NCBI GenBank assembly: GCA_013239625.1
Contig: MU053810.1
Span: 3,111,518-3,175,517 of the forward strand
DNA from: Lama guanicoe
Taxonomy: Eukaryota
Length of the DNA: 64,000 nucleotides
Reading direction: 5' to 3'
Shown: in pieces, positions 61,795 through 64,000 of the stretch
How positions within the stretch are numbered: position 1 is the stretch's first letter
Layout of the letters: the number at the start of each line of letters is the position of its first letter
Notes under the pieces: generated by a model
The model's database searches: none
What the model was told of the DNA's origin: nothing
What the model saw: only the letters and a program-made list of their open reading frames with translations
Made by a program: the position numbers and the translations under genes

Positions 61795-63117
61795 GTAAGC
61801 CGCTCGGCTCTGAGCTGGATCGGCCTGGGTGGAGGGGCGCTCGGAGAAGAGGAGTGAGACCGAGCGAGAAGGGGAAAGCCCCGGGAAGAGGAAGTCTCCG
61901 GGCTTTGCCCTTCGCTCCGGACGGAGTGTAGGGATTTGGCTCTGCCAGAACCCACAGCGGACCCTGAGCATTGTTCTGTCCCCAGTTGGCACCTGCACAC
62001 AGCCAGCTACACGTTCCTGGCCTGATTTCCCCTCCCAGTCTCTTTGTTCCTTTGTAAAGCCCGTGTTCAAGTCTTGTTTGTGGCCTAACATTTAAGGTTT
62101 TCAGCCTGGTCTGGGGCAAAGGCTGTTTGACACTTGGCCTTCATCAGGGCAGCTCCCTGCAATTCAAGCTTTCAGTGCTAGGCTGGCGAAGGTTTGAAAG
62201 GGTCTGCTTCCAAAGTAATTACTAGGTCAAACAGTGTTGACATTTTCCAGCTTAGAGAATACCTCAAGGTCTTCTGACTCCCTCTCAACACGCTAGTTCA
62301 GTGTGTTTTGCACAGGTTACACGCCTAGAACCTTAAAATATGGTGCATAATGTTTTGTTTCGCACCAGTTAATCAGGAGAGGAGACTCTTGTCAAGTGGT
62401 CCGGTCAGTGATTGAGGAGCCATATGAATGGAAGCATATTTTAAGACAGATCGCTTTTAGATGATTTTCTTAAATATAAATATCTCAACAATTCAAATTT
62501 TTGGCTTTTTCCTGTAGTTTCACGAATTAAACACGTGTACAAAATGTATGAAAGTGGAAGTTCTTTAAACGAAAATAGTAACCACCACCTGGGTTAATCT
62601 CAAAAAAAAAAAAGGATAGCTGTCAAAGCATGAAAATACTTTGCATTTTACATTCTGAACTCGTTCCCTCTCGCCCACCCCCATATATTAATGTCCATGG
62701 AGCCAGTTACCCTAAAATTAATCAATCTATAGAAGGAAAGTTTATTCATTCTTAAATTTACACCATGTAAAATATCTTACTTTCCTCTGAATTGACTCCA
62801 TCCAGCATTAGAATGACCGCTGTATAGTTGTTTTACCCTAGGACTATATTGTTTCTTTAAAAACAATAAAAATATTAAGGCAAAATAAAAGAAGATAATT
62901 GAGACCAGGTAACAGCGTTAATTATTGATGTGTGCTCTTTATTGTTTTGCCATTGACCATGTTGCTCATCTCAACTTATAATTGCCAGTCCTTATAGTAG
63001 AATTCTTCTTGTTATCTTGTTAAAGACGGTTCTTTACCCAAATTAAAATACCTTTTTAGGAGCAGGGCTATAAAAAATTTATTATCCCAGGCATCACTGG
63101 CAATTAATTTATTTTAG

Positions 63118-63229
63118 ATCACCCAGACTTGAAACATATCGACCCAGTGGTTTTAAAACATTGTCATGCAGCAGCTGCAACTTACATACTGGAGGCTGGA
63201 AAGCAAAGAGCTGACAAATCAACTCTAAG
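63118..63229 (+). CDS. COMMD3: COMMD3 coding exon 2 (112 nt)
   Basis: Acceptor TTTTAG|; DHPDLKHIDPVVLKHCHAAAATYILEAGKQRADKSTL; donor AG|GTACAG; frame consistent with exon 1. Confidence 0.97.
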
Positions 63230-63336
63230 GTACAGGATATATTTATATATCCATTTATTTTCAAATAGTACCTTTATGATTCCAATTTCAGTTTTTAAAA
63301 TGGAGACTAAAGTTTTGCTTTTTTTTTCTTCTTTAG

Positions 63337-63400
63337 CACCTCTCTGGAAGACTGTAAATTTGATAGAGAGAGAATAGAATTGTTTTGCACGGAGTATCAG
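63337..63400 (+). CDS. COMMD3: COMMD3 coding exon 3 (64 nt)
   Basis: Polypyrimidine tract plus TTTAG|; STSLEDCKFDRERIELFCTEYQ; donor CAG|GTTACT. Confidence 0.95.
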
Positions 63401-63495
63401 GTTACTTCCTTAAATTTAAAAAAAATTAACAGTTACTATTTGTCTTCTACTGTGTTTGCAAAGATGTATTTTCTTTCTTTTTTTCCCCCTCCCAG

Positions 63496-63530
63496 AATAA
63501 TAAGAATTCCCTAGAAATCCTACTGGGAAG
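63496..63530 (+). CDS. COMMD3: COMMD3 coding exon 4 (35 nt)
   Basis: Acceptor CTCCCAG|; NNKNSLEILLG; donor AG|GTAGGT. Confidence 0.95.
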
Positions 63531-63902
63531 GTAGGTACTGTATAAGGTGTCAAGCTGAGCCACTTTTCACTTGCAGGTATGAATGGAGAGTACTGGTGTG
63601 AAACAAACAGGGCAAAAACCAGGGATCTAGACCAAAAAAAGGGGGAGGGGGGCAAAGGGCAAGTGAAACAATTGAAGTTAAGCTAATGTTTTTAAAGATA
63701 AAGTTTATTGAGATAATTTTTTAAATGCTCTTTTACTATTCAGAACTTGAAAATAAAGTTTAACAAAGTTTTAAATTCCGAATGGATTAAATTTGTGTGT
63801 GTGTCTGAGTGGGGGAGGTGGTAGACACCATTGTGGGTAAAGATAAATAACTAAAAGTTTTTCTTCAGTTATTATGAACAAAATTATCATTGTATCTTTC
63901 AG

Positions 63903-63963
63903 TATAGGCAGATCTCTCCCTCACATAACTGATGTTTCTTGGCGCTTGGAATATCAGATAAAG
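63903..63963 (+). CDS. COMMD3: COMMD3 coding exon 5 (61 nt); gene continues beyond the window
   Basis: Acceptor CTTTCAG|; SIGRSLPHITDVSWRLEYQIK (start of the COMM domain with its conserved Trp); donor AAG|GTAAAG. Exons 1-5 sum to 411 nt, or 137 open codons. Confidence 0.96.
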
Positions 63964-64000
63964 GTAAAGTTTAACAAAATGTTCTCTAAGGGAATTTAGG

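Larger units (their letters stand above)
61225..61960 (+). promoter_or_regulatory. COMMD3: COMMD3 CpG-island promoter
   Basis: CpG-dense, TATA-less; GC boxes; E-box GTCACGTG at 61616-61623; NRF1-like GCGTGCGC at 61581-61588; spans exon 1. Confidence 0.9.

Noticed and set aside
61656..61931. 91-aa ORF as a complete protein
   Set aside because: It is COMMD3 exon 1 read through the GTAAGC donor into intron 1; likewise 63129-63377 is exon 2 read into intron 2
1..64000. CRISPR arrays, operons or prokaryotic defence systems
   Set aside because: The sequence is mammalian (spliceosomal introns, SINEs/LINEs, CpG islands); no regularly spaced repeat-spacer array is present

Overview
Eukaryotic (eutherian) genomic DNA, not prokaryotic. 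It is probably camelid: there are three tRNA-Ala-derived SINEs of the Vic-1 type, and no Alu, Bov-tA, PRE-1 or CanSINE was recognised. The window is the gene-poor interval ending at the 5' half of COMMD3 (+ strand, CDS exons 1-5, 61656-63963, continuing past the window end). From recalled human synteny this is the DNAJC1-COMMD3-BMI1 region. Other confident features are an intact tRNA-Asn(GTT) gene (3441-3514, -), three CpG islands (about 2.95-3.5 kb, an orphan island at about 14.3-16.45 kb, and the COMMD3 promoter) and a 5'-complete RPL36A processed pseudogene with target-site duplications (39797-40188, -) that the ORF track misses. There is also a decayed ERVL gag-protease remnant and many L1, L2, MIR, MaLR and DNA-transposon copies, several of them nested. 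Almost all ORFs in the supplied track are artefacts of GC-rich or repeat DNA. I did not find a convincing novel multi-gene system. The best leads are the orphan CpG island (tandem YY1 motifs, a 52-codon sORF, and a following transposon-free block), an ancient ungapped 108-bp non-TE duplication, and the retrocopy's unusual 3' junction. Repeat families were named by eye from remembered consensus sequences, so their boundaries are approximate.
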